Part shown: positions 27,292 to 36,244 of the stretch, one piece after another
Layout: each line of letters starts with the position of its first letter
Position numbering within the stretch: position 1 is the first letter of the stretch
Assembly (NCBI GenBank): GCA_964560875.1
Contig: CAZLMW010000059.1
Coordinates: 3,208 to 45,532, forward strand
Source of the DNA: an uncultured Enterobacteriaceae bacterium
GTDB taxonomy: Bacteria; Myxococcota_A; UBA9042
Length of the DNA: 42,325 nucleotides
Reading direction: 5' to 3'
Translations under genes and position numbers: made by a program
The notes under the pieces: model-generated
Databases searched by the model: none
What the model was told of the DNA's origin: nothing
What the model saw: the letters and a program-made list of their open reading frames with translations, nothing else

Positions 27292-30200
27292 TCAGTTCGA
27301 GATGATCACGTCATCGATCCGCCACCGCGGATTGCCGAGCGACGCGTTGGACGTCACGACGAAGGCGACTTGCAGCGTGCCCTTGCCCGTCATGAACTTG
27401 TCGAGCGAGTACGAATACGTCTTCTTGCCAGCCGCGACGCTCACCGAAGCGACGACCTGCCAGGTGGTGCCGCCGTTGGTCGACACGCGGATCGAAAGCG
27501 TCGAGTTGGGGATGTTGCCGAACGGGCCACCGAACGTGTTGAGCCAGTGATGCTCGAACTGCAGCTTCGCCTTCTTGACGCCGCCGACCGCGATCTTCGG
27601 TGAACTCAGCCACGCGCCGACCTTCTTGAGGTTGTTGGGCGGGAAGCTGCCGCTGACGGCGACCTGCGCGAAGATATCGGACTTCTCCGACGATAGTTGC
27701 CAGCTGGCGGACCCGAAACCCGGCTCAAGCTTCGTCGTCCAGCCGCCTTGCGCCAGGTTCTTGGTGTACTTTTGGAAGTCGTCCTTCCAAGGCAGTGAGC
27801 TGGACAGGCCCTCGCAGACGTCGCCCTTGCCGTTGCCGTTTGAATCCTTCTGGTCGGCGTTGGCGACGAGCGGGCAGTTGTCCTTGCCGTCGAGCACGCC
27901 GTCGCCGTCGTCATCGGCGTCGCAAGCGTCACCGAGCTGGTCCGAGTCGCTGTCGACCTGCGCGATGTTGAAGTGCTGCGGGCAGTTGTCCTTGGCGTCG
28001 GGGATCTTGTCGTTGTCGTCGTCGTTGTCGCAGGCGTCCGGGATCTTGTCGTTGTCGGTATCGAGCGATTTGGCGCCCGGCGCAGCGATGGCGAAGTCGT
28101 CGATTACAACGCCCAACGTGTCGTTTTCCATGTGATCGACGGTCTGGAAGACGAATCGGAACCGCACCGACTGACCGCCGAGGTTCTCGAGATTGACCAG
28201 CTGGTTGGCCCACTTGTTGATCTTGGTGTTGGCGCCCTTGGCGATGAGCGTCGTCCACTTGGAGAACGCGCTTGACGCTGTGGCCACCTGCAGGTCGACC
28301 TTGTCGTACTTGGTGCCGCCCTCGATGGCGAACAGGTACCAATAGCTGAGCGTGAGGCCCTTGTACTTGGGCAGCACGACGATCGGGCTCGTGGCGATGC
28401 CGGAATTGGTGCCCTTGGTCTCGAAGTTGGTGCCGTTGCCGTAGTAGAGCGCGCCCTTCGGTGTCCGGTTTTCGCCGCCCTGGAGCGCCTGCCAGCCGAC
28501 CTTTTCTTTCTTCGGCGAGAAGCGCCAGCCGTGGTTGGTGCCGTTCCACGACCAGATCAGCACGCCGCCATCGTCCTTGATGCCGTTGCAGTTTTCGTCC
28601 TTGCCGTTGCACGGGATGTCGATGGCGTGGGGCGCGTCGGGATCATCGGGGGCGCAGTCGCTCGAGTTGGCGTAGCCGTCGCCGTCGCGGTCGTTGTCGC
28701 ACTTGTCGCCGAGCTTGTCGGAGTCGAGGTCCTTCTGGTCCTTGTTGGGCGTGAACTTGCAGTTGTCGCACGCGTCGCCGACGCCATCGTTGTCGCTGTC
28801 TTTCTTGTTGTCGTCCGCGACGGTCGGGCAGTGGTCGCAGGCGTCGCCGATCTTGTCCTTGTCGGTGTCCTTCTGGTCGAAGTTCTTGGTCTTCGGGCAG
28901 TTGTCGGAGGGGTCGAGGATCGTGTCGTTGTCATCGTCGACGTCGCACTTGTCGCCCTGACCATCCTTGTCGTTGTTCTTCTGATCGGGGTTGTAGATGG
29001 ACCCGCAGTTGTCGTTGAAGTTGGTGATGCCGTCGCCATCGCGGTCGTCGTCGCAGACATCGCCCTTGCCGTCCTTGTCCATGTCGGCCTGGCCGCCGTT
29101 GGACTTGGTCGGGCAGTTGTCCTTGTCGTTGCAGATCGTGTCCTTGTCGATGTCCGGGCAGCATTTGGGTGACTTGCTCGGCTCGTGGCCGCAGACGCCG
29201 GCGAGGCAGTAATCGAGCGTGCAGTCGTCTTTGTCGGTGCACTCGCTGTCCTTGAAACACTTCTTGGGCGTCACGCATTGCCCGCCCACGCAGTCTTGGC
29301 CCTTCTTGCAGGTGCCGCAGACGCCGCCGCAGCCGTCGAATCCGCAGGTGTTGTTGTTGCACTTGGGCACGCATGCCGGCAGGCAGAGCCCGACAGTGCC
29401 GTTGCACTGCGTTCCCTTGCCGCACGTCCCGCATGAGCCGCCGCAGCCGTCCTGGCCGCAGCTTCGACCCTTGCAGTTGGGCGCGCAGACACACGTGCCG
29501 CCGCTGCTGCAGTACTGGTTGGTCTTGCACTTGCCGCACACCTTGCCGCAGCCGTCGTCGCCGCAGATCTTGCCGGTGCAGATCGGTTTGCACGGGCATT
29601 TCCCGCAGTCCTGCGGGCAGTTGTCGCAGGTTTCGCCCGACTTCGGGTTGCACTGCAGGTTGCCGCAGGTCGGCATCGGGCAGCAGTCCTTGGCGCACTT
29701 CTGACAGGTCTCGCCCGCGTCGCAGGTCCCGTTGCCGCAGGCGATCGGACAGACGCCGCAGTCGGTCGCGCAGCTGACGCACGTCTCGCCTGTCTCGCAC
29801 TTGGCGTTGCCGCACACGGCCGGGCATTTGCCGCAATCGACCGCGCAGTTGCTGCACGTCTCGTTGCCTTTCACGTCGCAAACGCCGTCGCCGCACTTGC
29901 CCGGCACCTTCTCGCATTGGCCGGTCTTGCCGCAGACGGTTCCGACTTTGCACGAGCCGCACGTGCCGCCGCAGCCGTCCGCCCCGCACTGCTTGCCTTT
30001 GCACTTGGGTTCGCACTTGGGGCCGCAGCCGCCGCATGGCCCCTTGCAGAGCGCGACGCAGCCGGCATCCCAGGCCGTTTTGCAGCAGTAGTCGTTGGAT
30101 TTGCAGACGCATGCTTCGCACTTGCAGCTCGAGCAGCCGCCGCTGGTCTTGGCCTTGCAGCCGTCGTCCACGGGGCACTTGCCGCAGTCGTTGCTGCAGG

Positions 30201-33063
30201 TCTTGCATGTCTCGCCTTTCTTGGCCTCGCAGACCCCGTCGCCGCACTTGGCCGGGCATGCGCCGCAGTCCTTGGCGCACTTGCTGCAGCTCTCGCCCTT
30301 GTTCGCCTCGCAGATGCCGTCGCCGCACACCGCGGGGCACGCGCCGCAGTCCTTGCTGCAGGTCTTGCAGGTTTCGCCCTTGGTCTTCTCGCAGGCCTTG
30401 TTGCCGCAGACGGCCGGGCAGGTTCCGCAGTCCTTGGGGCAGTTGCTGCAGCCCTCACCGGCCTTCGCTTCACAGACTCCATCGCCGCACTTGACCGGGC
30501 ACTTGCCGCAATCCTTCACGCAGGAGGTGCAGTTTTCGCCCTTGTTCGCCTCGCACACGCCGTCGCCGCATTTGGCGGGACAGGCGCCGCAATCCTTGGC
30601 GCACGACTTGCAGTTTTCGCCCTTGGCCGCGTTGCAGACACCGTTGCCACAGACCTCGGGGCACGCGCCGCAGTCCTTGCTGCAGGTCGTGCAGTTTTCA
30701 CCCGACCCGGGATCACAGGTGCCGTCGCCGCACTTGGTCGGGCACTTGCCGCAGTCGGCGGTGCAGGTCGAACAGCTCTCCGAACCCGAGCACACGCCGT
30801 CGCCGCAGACCGGTTGGGGCAGCGGATTGCACTTGTTGGCGCTGCACACGAACTTGGGCGGGCAGCTGCCGCATGGTTTGGAGCACCCCTTGATGAAGCC
30901 GCACTGGACCTTGCTGCAACCCGCGCATGGATCGGGCTTTTTGCAGTCCTTGGCGCAGTTTTGCTCGGTTTCTCCGCTCTCGCAGGTTCCGTTGCCGCAA
31001 ATCGGCCCGACTTTGCAGTCCTTGGCGCAGCTCTGCGGGCTTTCACCCTGTTCGCAGACACCGTTTCCGCATTGCGCCGGGCACTTGCCGCAGTCGCCGG
31101 CGCACGTCTTGCACGACTCGCCCTTCTTCACCTCGCACTGGCCGTCGCCGCACTTGGCCGGGCACGCGCCGCAGTCCGATGCGCAGGTCTGGCAGGTCTC
31201 GTTCTTGGTCGCGTTGCACACACCGTTGCCGCATGTCTCGGCGCATTGGCCGCAGTCCTTGGGGCAGTTGCCGCAGCTCTCCGAGCCGTTGCAGACGCTG
31301 TCGCCGCACTTGGGCGGGCATTGTTTGCAGTCTTGCGGGCAGTCCTGGCAGCTCTCCTTGCCGTTGCACGTGCCGTCGCCGCACTTGGCCGGGCACGCTC
31401 CGCAGTCCTTGGGACACGTCTGGCAGACCTCGTTGCCTTCACACTTGCCGTCGCCGCAGGTCACCGGGCACTTGCCGCAGTCCGCCGGGCAGGTTCCGCA
31501 GGTCTCTTTGCCGTTGCAGGTGCTATCGCCGCACGTGGGCGGGCACGCGCCGCAGTCCTTGCCGCAGTCCGAGCAGGTTTCCTTGCCGTTGCAGGTTCCA
31601 TCACCGCACTTGGGAGCGCACTGGCCGCAATCCTTGGGGCACGAACCGCACGACTCGGACTCCTGCTGACAGGTTCCATCGCCACACGTGGTCGGGCACT
31701 TGCCGCAGTCCTTGGGGCACACCGAACAGCTCTCGCCCTTGCCCGCTTCGCACGCGCCGTCGCCGCAGACCGCCTTGCAGACGCCACAATCTCCGGGGCA
31801 TTGGCTGCACGACTCGCCGACCTCGGGGCTGCATTTACCGTCGCCGCAGGTCTTGCACGCGCCGCAGTCCTTGGCGCAGGTCGAACACGTCTCGCCTTTC
31901 GCCGCGTCACACTTGCCGTCGCCGCAGGGGTCGCAGTTGCCGCAGTCTTTCGGGCAGGAGCCGCACCACTCGCCTTCCTTGGCGGAACAGACCCCATCGC
32001 CACAGCCGCCCGCGCACTTACCGCAATCCGCCGGGCACTTGGCGCATGTCTCACCGGCTACCGCGTCGCAGACACCGTCGCCACAGGTCTTGCAGGCCCC
32101 GCAGTCTTTGGCGCAGGTCGAGCAGCTCTCGCCATGGTCGGGCGAGCAGATGCCGTCGCCGCACGTCGCGCAAACGCCGCAATCCTTCGAACACGACTTG
32201 CAGGTTTCGCCGCCCGACCAGTCGCACACCCCGTCGCCACAGACCGCCGGGCAGGACCCGCAGTCGAGCTTGCACGTGTCGCACGTCTCGCCGTTTTCGG
32301 GCTCGCACAGGCCGTTTCCGCACGCCGCGCCGCACTTGCCGCCGCACGCCTTGCACAGCGCCGCGCACGTGATGTCCCAGGCGCCGGTGCAGCATTTCGG
32401 GTCGACCTTGCAGACGCACGCTTCACACGCACAGCCTTCGCAGCCCGGTTTGCCGGTCGCCGTGCAGCCTTTTCCGTCGGCGCATTTGCCGCAGTCTACC
32501 GGGCAGTCTTTGCACGACTCTTTGGCGCCGCAAACGCCATCGCCGCATTTTTCCGGGCACGACCCGCAGTCGCTCGGGCAAACCGAGCACGATTCGCCTG
32601 CCGATGCGTCGCAAACGCCGTCCCCGCAGCCGATCTTCGAGCACTTGCCGGCGGTGCACGTGGTCCCGCCGGGGCAGAGCTTGGGCGTTCCGTCGACCTT
32701 GCCGCTGCCATCCGCCGCGCACTGCAAAACGTACGGTCCGACGCAGAACGCGTGGCCAGGTTGCTTGTCGGCGCAGGGGTCTTTCCAGCAGTGGCCAAGC
32801 GTCGGGTGGCAAATCTCGCCGCCGGAGCAGTCTGCGTTTGTCGTGCACGGTCCGCCGGTCGTGCCACCGGCGTCGGCCGAGCTCCCCGCGTCCGCGACAT
32901 CGCCGAGCAAGCTGTCGTTAGCGCCCGCGTCTGCGTGAGGATTGCTGAACCCGACGACCGGCTTGTCGTCCGTGCCGCAAGCGGTCAGGCCGGTGACCGC
33001 GACAAGAAAGGCGAGGGACGCGGCGGTAGGTGCGCGCGAGCGAATCGCTGCGAAAACGGACAT
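27292..33063 (-). CDS. Giant multi-repeat surface lipoprotein (1,923 aa). It has an N-terminal lipobox, about 30 Myxococcus-type cysteine-rich repeats, thrombospondin type-3 Ca-binding repeats and C-terminal jelly-roll/MAM-like modules.
   Basis: An ATG at 33063 gives [29 protein letters not shown] (lipobox). Dozens of repeats follow of CGDGxCxxxxGExCxxCxxDCGxCP with a ~39-aa period. A D-rich block has repeated DxDxDGxGDxCDxD/DNCP..N.DQ.D.D motifs (TSP3-like). The C-terminal ~600 aa contain two W/G-rich beta modules separated by more TSP3-like repeats. The frame is intact end to end. Confidence 0.85.
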   Translation of the reverse strand: MSVFAAIRSRAPTAASLAFLVAVTGLTACGTDDKPVVGFSNPHADAGANDSLLGDVADAGSSADAGGTTGGPCTTNADCSGGEICHPTLGHCWKDPCADKQPGHAFCVGPYVLQCAADGSGKVDGTPKLCPGGTTCTAGKCSKIGCGDGVCDASAGESCSVCPSDCGSCPEKCGDGVCGAKESCKDCPVDCGKCADGKGCTATGKPGCEGCACEACVCKVDPKCCTGAWDITCAALCKACGGKCGAACGNGLCEPENGETCDTCKLDCGSCPAVCGDGVCDWSGGETCKSCSKDCGVCATCGDGICSPDHGESCSTCAKDCGACKTCGDGVCDAVAGETCAKCPADCGKCAGGCGDGVCSAKEGEWCGSCPKDCGNCDPCGDGKCDAAKGETCSTCAKDCGACKTCGDGKCSPEVGESCSQCPGDCGVCKAVCGDGACEAGKGESCSVCPKDCGKCPTTCGDGTCQQESESCGSCPKDCGQCAPKCGDGTCNGKETCSDCGKDCGACPPTCGDSTCNGKETCGTCPADCGKCPVTCGDGKCEGNEVCQTCPKDCGACPAKCGDGTCNGKESCQDCPQDCKQCPPKCGDSVCNGSESCGNCPKDCGQCAETCGNGVCNATKNETCQTCASDCGACPAKCGDGQCEVKKGESCKTCAGDCGKCPAQCGNGVCEQGESPQSCAKDCKVGPICGNGTCESGETEQNCAKDCKKPDPCAGCSKVQCGFIKGCSKPCGSCPPKFVCSANKCNPLPQPVCGDGVCSGSESCSTCTADCGKCPTKCGDGTCDPGSGENCTTCSKDCGACPEVCGNGVCNAAKGENCKSCAKDCGACPAKCGDGVCEANKGENCTSCVKDCGKCPVKCGDGVCEAKAGEGCSNCPKDCGTCPAVCGNKACEKTKGETCKTCSKDCGACPAVCGDGICEANKGESCSKCAKDCGACPAKCGDGVCEAKKGETCKTCSNDCGKCPVDDGCKAKTSGGCSSCKCEACVCKSNDYCCKTAWDAGCVALCKGPCGGCGPKCEPKCKGKQCGADGCGGTCGSCKVGTVCGKTGQCEKVPGKCGDGVCDVKGNETCSNCAVDCGKCPAVCGNAKCETGETCVSCATDCGVCPIACGNGTCDAGETCQKCAKDCCPMPTCGNLQCNPKSGETCDNCPQDCGKCPCKPICTGKICGDDGCGKVCGKCKTNQYCSSGGTCVCAPNCKGRSCGQDGCGGSCGTCGKGTQCNGTVGLCLPACVPKCNNNTCGFDGCGGVCGTCKKGQDCVGGQCVTPKKCFKDSECTDKDDCTLDYCLAGVCGHEPSKSPKCCPDIDKDTICNDKDNCPTKSNGGQADMDKDGKGDVCDDDRDGDGITNFNDNCGSIYNPDQKNNDKDGQGDKCDVDDDNDTILDPSDNCPKTKNFDQKDTDKDKIGDACDHCPTVADDNKKDSDNDGVGDACDNCKFTPNKDQKDLDSDKLGDKCDNDRDGDGYANSSDCAPDDPDAPHAIDIPCNGKDENCNGIKDDGGVLIWSWNGTNHGWRFSPKKEKVGWQALQGGENRTPKGALYYGNGTNFETKGTNSGIATSPIVVLPKYKGLTLSYWYLFAIEGGTKYDKVDLQVATASSAFSKWTTLIAKGANTKINKWANQLVNLENLGGQSVRFRFVFQTVDHMENDTLGVVIDDFAIAAPGAKSLDTDNDKIPDACDNDDDNDKIPDAKDNCPQHFNIAQVDSDSDQLGDACDADDDGDGVLDGKDNCPLVANADQKDSNGNGKGDVCEGLSSSLPWKDDFQKYTKNLAQGGWTTKLEPGFGSASWQLSSEKSDIFAQVAVSGSFPPNNLKKVGAWLSSPKIAVGGVKKAKLQFEHHWLNTFGGPFGNIPNSTLSIRVSTNGGTTWQVVASVSVAAGKKTYSYSLDKFMTGKGTLQVAFVVTSNASLGNPRWRIDDVIISN
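29740..32700 (-). repeat. In-frame tandem array of ~117-120-bp coding repeats (the Cys-rich modules) inside the giant lipoprotein gene
   Basis: The protein-level periodicity (CGDGVCE..K.GE.C..C..DCG.CP) recurs about 30 times. The nucleotide level has many near-identical stretches (e.g. repeated GCAGTCCTTGGCGCA / GCCGTCGCCGCA blocks). Boundaries are approximate. Confidence 0.6.
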
Positions 33064-33195
33064 GGCTCCTCGATCGACGGCACGCGGCCCCGGCGCGGGC
33101 GCATTAGTATAGCACTGCCCCATCGGCGTGTCCGTCGCCAAGGTTGAAGACGTGTGACGGCACGACAGGACAGGACCGAACAGGAGCGCGATCCA

Positions 33196-34545
33196 ATGAC
33201 TTCGACAAGGCGTCCGGCGGGTGAATCGTGTAGCCTCGGCGCCATGACTGAACGCAGCACCGAGCCGAGCTTGCTTACCCGGCGCGAGGTCCTCGTCAAG
33301 ACCGGGGCTGCTGTCACCTGGATCATGGCGTCCGCCTGTTCGAGTCCGGAAGATTCCGACGGGTCCACCAAGGCCGAAAACGACGCTAAAAACAGCGATG
33401 GGGAGGCGCCGCTCGATTCGTCAACCTCCGGAAATGACAGGGGTGCAGCTGCTGATGCCGGCGGCCACACCGATGGCGGATCCAAGTCCGTCGATGCTCA
33501 GAACGCGACGGACGCCGGCGGTCACACCGATAGCGGGTCCAAATCCGTTGATGCGCTGGACGCGACGGACGTCTCTGTCACGGACGTCTCTGTCACGGAC
33601 GTCTCCGGCGCAGACGATGCAGCCACCCTGGACGCGAGCACGGGCGTAGACGCGTCGACGAAAACGGATGTGACCACCGGTGCCGACGCTGGACTCGCCG
33701 CCGACACGAACACTGCTGGGGACGTGTCGACCAAAACCGACACCGGGAGCGCCGTAGATAGTGGTGCGAGCTCCGCAACGGACGCCACATCCGTCGCTGA
33801 CGCCGGTTCGGCCGACGCGCTTGGCACACCCGATGCCGTCACCGCCACAGACGCCGGCCCGCAGCTTCCCAACTGGGCCAACGGTGGCACCAAGTCGATC
33901 AAAGGCACCTACCCCAACCCGTTCACCAAACCGGCGACCGCTCCGTGCGAACTCACATGCCAGCAGGCGCTCGGCCCGTGTTTTGTCGAGACCGTGCAGC
34001 GCACCGATGTAACCGAGGGGGAGGCCGGCCTGCCGATGGTCCTGCGCCTGCGCATCGTGGACAAAGCCTGCAAGCCGATCCCAGGCGCCATCGTCGACAT
34101 CTGGCATACCGATCGGCACGGCGTCTACAGCGGCAAGACGCCCGACGCGATGTGCAACAACAACGATCCCAAGTACGTGAAGGTGCAAAGGATGCGCGGC
34201 TGGCAGAAGGCGGACGCCAACGGCGTGGTGACCTTTCACACGATCTACCCGAGCTGGTACCCGGGGCGCGCGATCCACATCCACTTCACCATCGAGATCG
34301 GCAAGAAAGAGGTGGTGACGTCGCAGCTCTATTTCGACGACGCGACATCCGAGCAGCTCTTCAAGAACCACGTTGACTACAAGCATCGGCCGAACATGGA
34401 CACGAGCAACGCGGCCGACGGAATGACGGGCAAGGCGCTGGCCAAGCTGCAGGTCAATACGCAGCTGCATGCCGACGGTGTCATGCTCGGCCACAAGACC
34501 ATCGTCGTGCGCAGCAACCTCGCCGATCCGCTGTGTTGGGGTTGA
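33196..34545 (+). CDS. Tat-secreted intradiol ring-cleavage-dioxygenase-like protein with a long D/T/S/A-rich low-complexity linker
   Basis: An ATG at 33196 with an AGGAG RBS. A twin-arginine-like signal ([21 protein letters not shown]) is followed by a ~170-aa low-complexity acidic linker. The C-terminal domain has [12 protein letters not shown]...[10 protein letters not shown], typical of the intradiol dioxygenase fold (2-His-2-Tyr iron site). An alternative start is at 33244. Confidence 0.65.
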   Translation: MTSTRRPAGESCSLGAMTERSTEPSLLTRREVLVKTGAAVTWIMASACSSPEDSDGSTKAENDAKNSDGEAPLDSSTSGNDRGAAADAGGHTDGGSKSVDAQNATDAGGHTDSGSKSVDALDATDVSVTDVSVTDVSGADDAATLDASTGVDASTKTDVTTGADAGLAADTNTAGDVSTKTDTGSAVDSGASSATDATSVADAGSADALGTPDAVTATDAGPQLPNWANGGTKSIKGTYPNPFTKPATAPCELTCQQALGPCFVETVQRTDVTEGEAGLPMVLRLRIVDKACKPIPGAIVDIWHTDRHGVYSGKTPDAMCNNNDPKYVKVQRMRGWQKADANGVVTFHTIYPSWYPGRAIHIHFTIEIGKKEVVTSQLYFDDATSEQLFKNHVDYKHRPNMDTSNAADGMTGKALAKLQVNTQLHADGVMLGHKTIVVRSNLADPLCWG

Positions 34546-34689
34546 TTGGGCGGAAGGGGGCTGAGCCTGTAAAGCCCGCTTAGCGACCGTAAAGGCAGCT
34601 CGCCAAAAACCGCGACCGAAGTCACCGCTCACCGCTCAAACGTTGATAGATGCCCTTGCGTGCCCACCTTTGCAGCGCGGAGGACGAGC

Positions 34690-35988
34690 ATGCATGAACG
34701 ATTGTCTGTTTTGGTGAGGAACCTGGGTTTGGCGGTGCTGTGCGCGGCGATTGTGCCCGTGACGCCCGTATTTGCAGCGGAGGGCCCGACGGTCAGTGTC
34801 GGCGGTCAATATCGGCCGCGAGGAATCGTGGACTCGGGGCGTGATTTCAAGGAAAGCGACACGCTGCAGCGCGAGTACATGTCGCAGCGAACGCGGCTGA
34901 ACGTCGACATCAAGGGCGGCGAAAAGCTCAACGGGGCGAAGTTTCGGCTGATGCTGCAAGACGTGCGTATCTGGGGTGAAGAGCTCAGCCCGGTGCACGA
35001 CAAGAGCGCGGCTGGACTCGATGTGCAGGAGGCCTACGCGATCTTGCCGCTCGCGGGCGGCTTGAACCTGAAGATGGGTCGTCAGGAGATCATCTTCGAC
35101 AACCACCGGATCATCGGAAATATCGGCTGGCTGCAGCGCGCACAGAGCTTTGATGCCGCGCGCTTGTTCTGGAAAAACAGCGATCTCCGGATCGATGGAT
35201 TCTGGGCCCAGGTAGTTGAACGCGACTCGCATGACGCCGAAGGGACGGTGCCTCCCGGCCGCAAGGGCGACTACTGGCTGGCCGGTCTCCACGGGCACTA
35301 TTCGATCAGCAAAAAGGCGGCGGCCGAGGGCAAAAAAGCCAAGGAGACCAGCGGCGTCTCGCTGGCCTACTACCTGCGCAACAACGACGCGACCAAGGAA
35401 GTTCGGCACACCCTTGGCGGTATCTACAAGATCAAGACCGGCGGCCTGAAGGCGACCGCTGAGGCCTACATGCAGTTTGGTGACCTCAACGGCGAGTCGA
35501 TCGCGGCACAGCTCGGCGCCTTGCACCTCGGCTATACGCTCGACGTGGCGGTCAAGCCCAGCCTGACGGTCTTTGCCGAGTATCTTTCGGGCGACGGGAC
35601 CGCGCAGAGCACGTTCGACACGCTCCACGCGACCAACCACAAGTTCTACGGCGAGATGGACTTCTTCCTCGCGATCGCCAAGCACACCGGAACCCTCGGC
35701 CTGATGGACGCTGGCCTGAAGCTGGCCGCCGGAAAGGTCGGACCGCTGAAGCTGCTTGCCACCGCGCACAACTTCCAAGCCGTCAAAGAAGACGCCGATG
35801 GCAACAAGGACTTCGGCAACGAACTTGACCTCAAGATGATCTGGCCGGTGCGCAAAGGGTTGGCCGTGCGCGCGCTGTGGGCGTTGTTCGTGCCGGGCAA
35901 GGCGATGGGCAAGCTCAAGGGCTTCGCCAAGGACGCCGATCTCGCCACCGAGCAGTTCGGCTACCTGACGATCGACGCCAAATTCTAA
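34690..35988 (+). CDS. Outer-membrane beta-barrel protein of the alginate-export (AlgE-like) family
   Basis: An ATG at 34690 with a GGAGGA RBS. The signal peptide is MHERLSVLVRNLGLAVLCAAIVPVTPVFAA. Alternating amphipathic beta-strands are present, with IGNIGWLQRAQSFDAARLFW resembling the alginate-export domain. The C-terminal residue is F, an OMP barrel signature. Confidence 0.65.
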   Translation: MHERLSVLVRNLGLAVLCAAIVPVTPVFAAEGPTVSVGGQYRPRGIVDSGRDFKESDTLQREYMSQRTRLNVDIKGGEKLNGAKFRLMLQDVRIWGEELSPVHDKSAAGLDVQEAYAILPLAGGLNLKMGRQEIIFDNHRIIGNIGWLQRAQSFDAARLFWKNSDLRIDGFWAQVVERDSHDAEGTVPPGRKGDYWLAGLHGHYSISKKAAAEGKKAKETSGVSLAYYLRNNDATKEVRHTLGGIYKIKTGGLKATAEAYMQFGDLNGESIAAQLGALHLGYTLDVAVKPSLTVFAEYLSGDGTAQSTFDTLHATNHKFYGEMDFFLAIAKHTGTLGLMDAGLKLAAGKVGPLKLLATAHNFQAVKEDADGNKDFGNELDLKMIWPVRKGLAVRALWALFVPGKAMGKLKGFAKDADLATEQFGYLTIDAKF

Positions 35989-36076
35989 CCAACAAAGCGC
36001 TTCAACCGGTTCACGCCGGTTTCGCGGCCACCGGGTCCCAAGGGCTCGGCGGTCGTGGTTTTTGGCGGAGTCCACC

Positions 36077-36244
36077 ATGTTCAAGCAAACGACCCTTGGC
36101 ATCACCGTCGCCCTGTCGCTCACCGCCCTCGTCGTGGCAGGCTGCATCGGCATCGAGGCGCTGAACAGCTCGGACACAGACGCTTCCATCCGTTTGCGCT
36201 GCAACCGCAGGGGCGCGAGGCTGCGGGCATGGCCGAACAGATAA
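36077..36244 (+). CDS. Small putative lipoprotein (55 aa)
   Basis: ATG at 36077 preceded by GGAG 8 nt upstream. The translation is MFKQTTLGITVALSLTALVVAGCIGIEALNSSDTDASIRLRCNRRGARLRAWPNR. It has a clean signal peptide plus lipobox (LVVAGC). It overlaps the helicase start by 16 nt. Confidence 0.35.
   Translation: MFKQTTLGITVALSLTALVVAGCIGIEALNSSDTDASIRLRCNRRGARLRAWPNR

Noticed and set aside
28900-32700. Regular ~120-bp periodicity that could superficially resemble a CRISPR-like array
   Set aside because: The repeats are in-frame protein modules (39-aa Cys-rich units) with divergent copies and no short unique spacers. No cas genes are nearby.
29917-33147. Very long + strand ORFs (1,076 aa and 524 aa) antisense to the giant lipoprotein gene
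   Set aside because: They are Ala/Arg/Gly/Leu low-complexity translations typical of reverse-frame artefacts in very high-GC DNA. They have no start context. The opposite strand carries an unmistakable repeat-domain protein.
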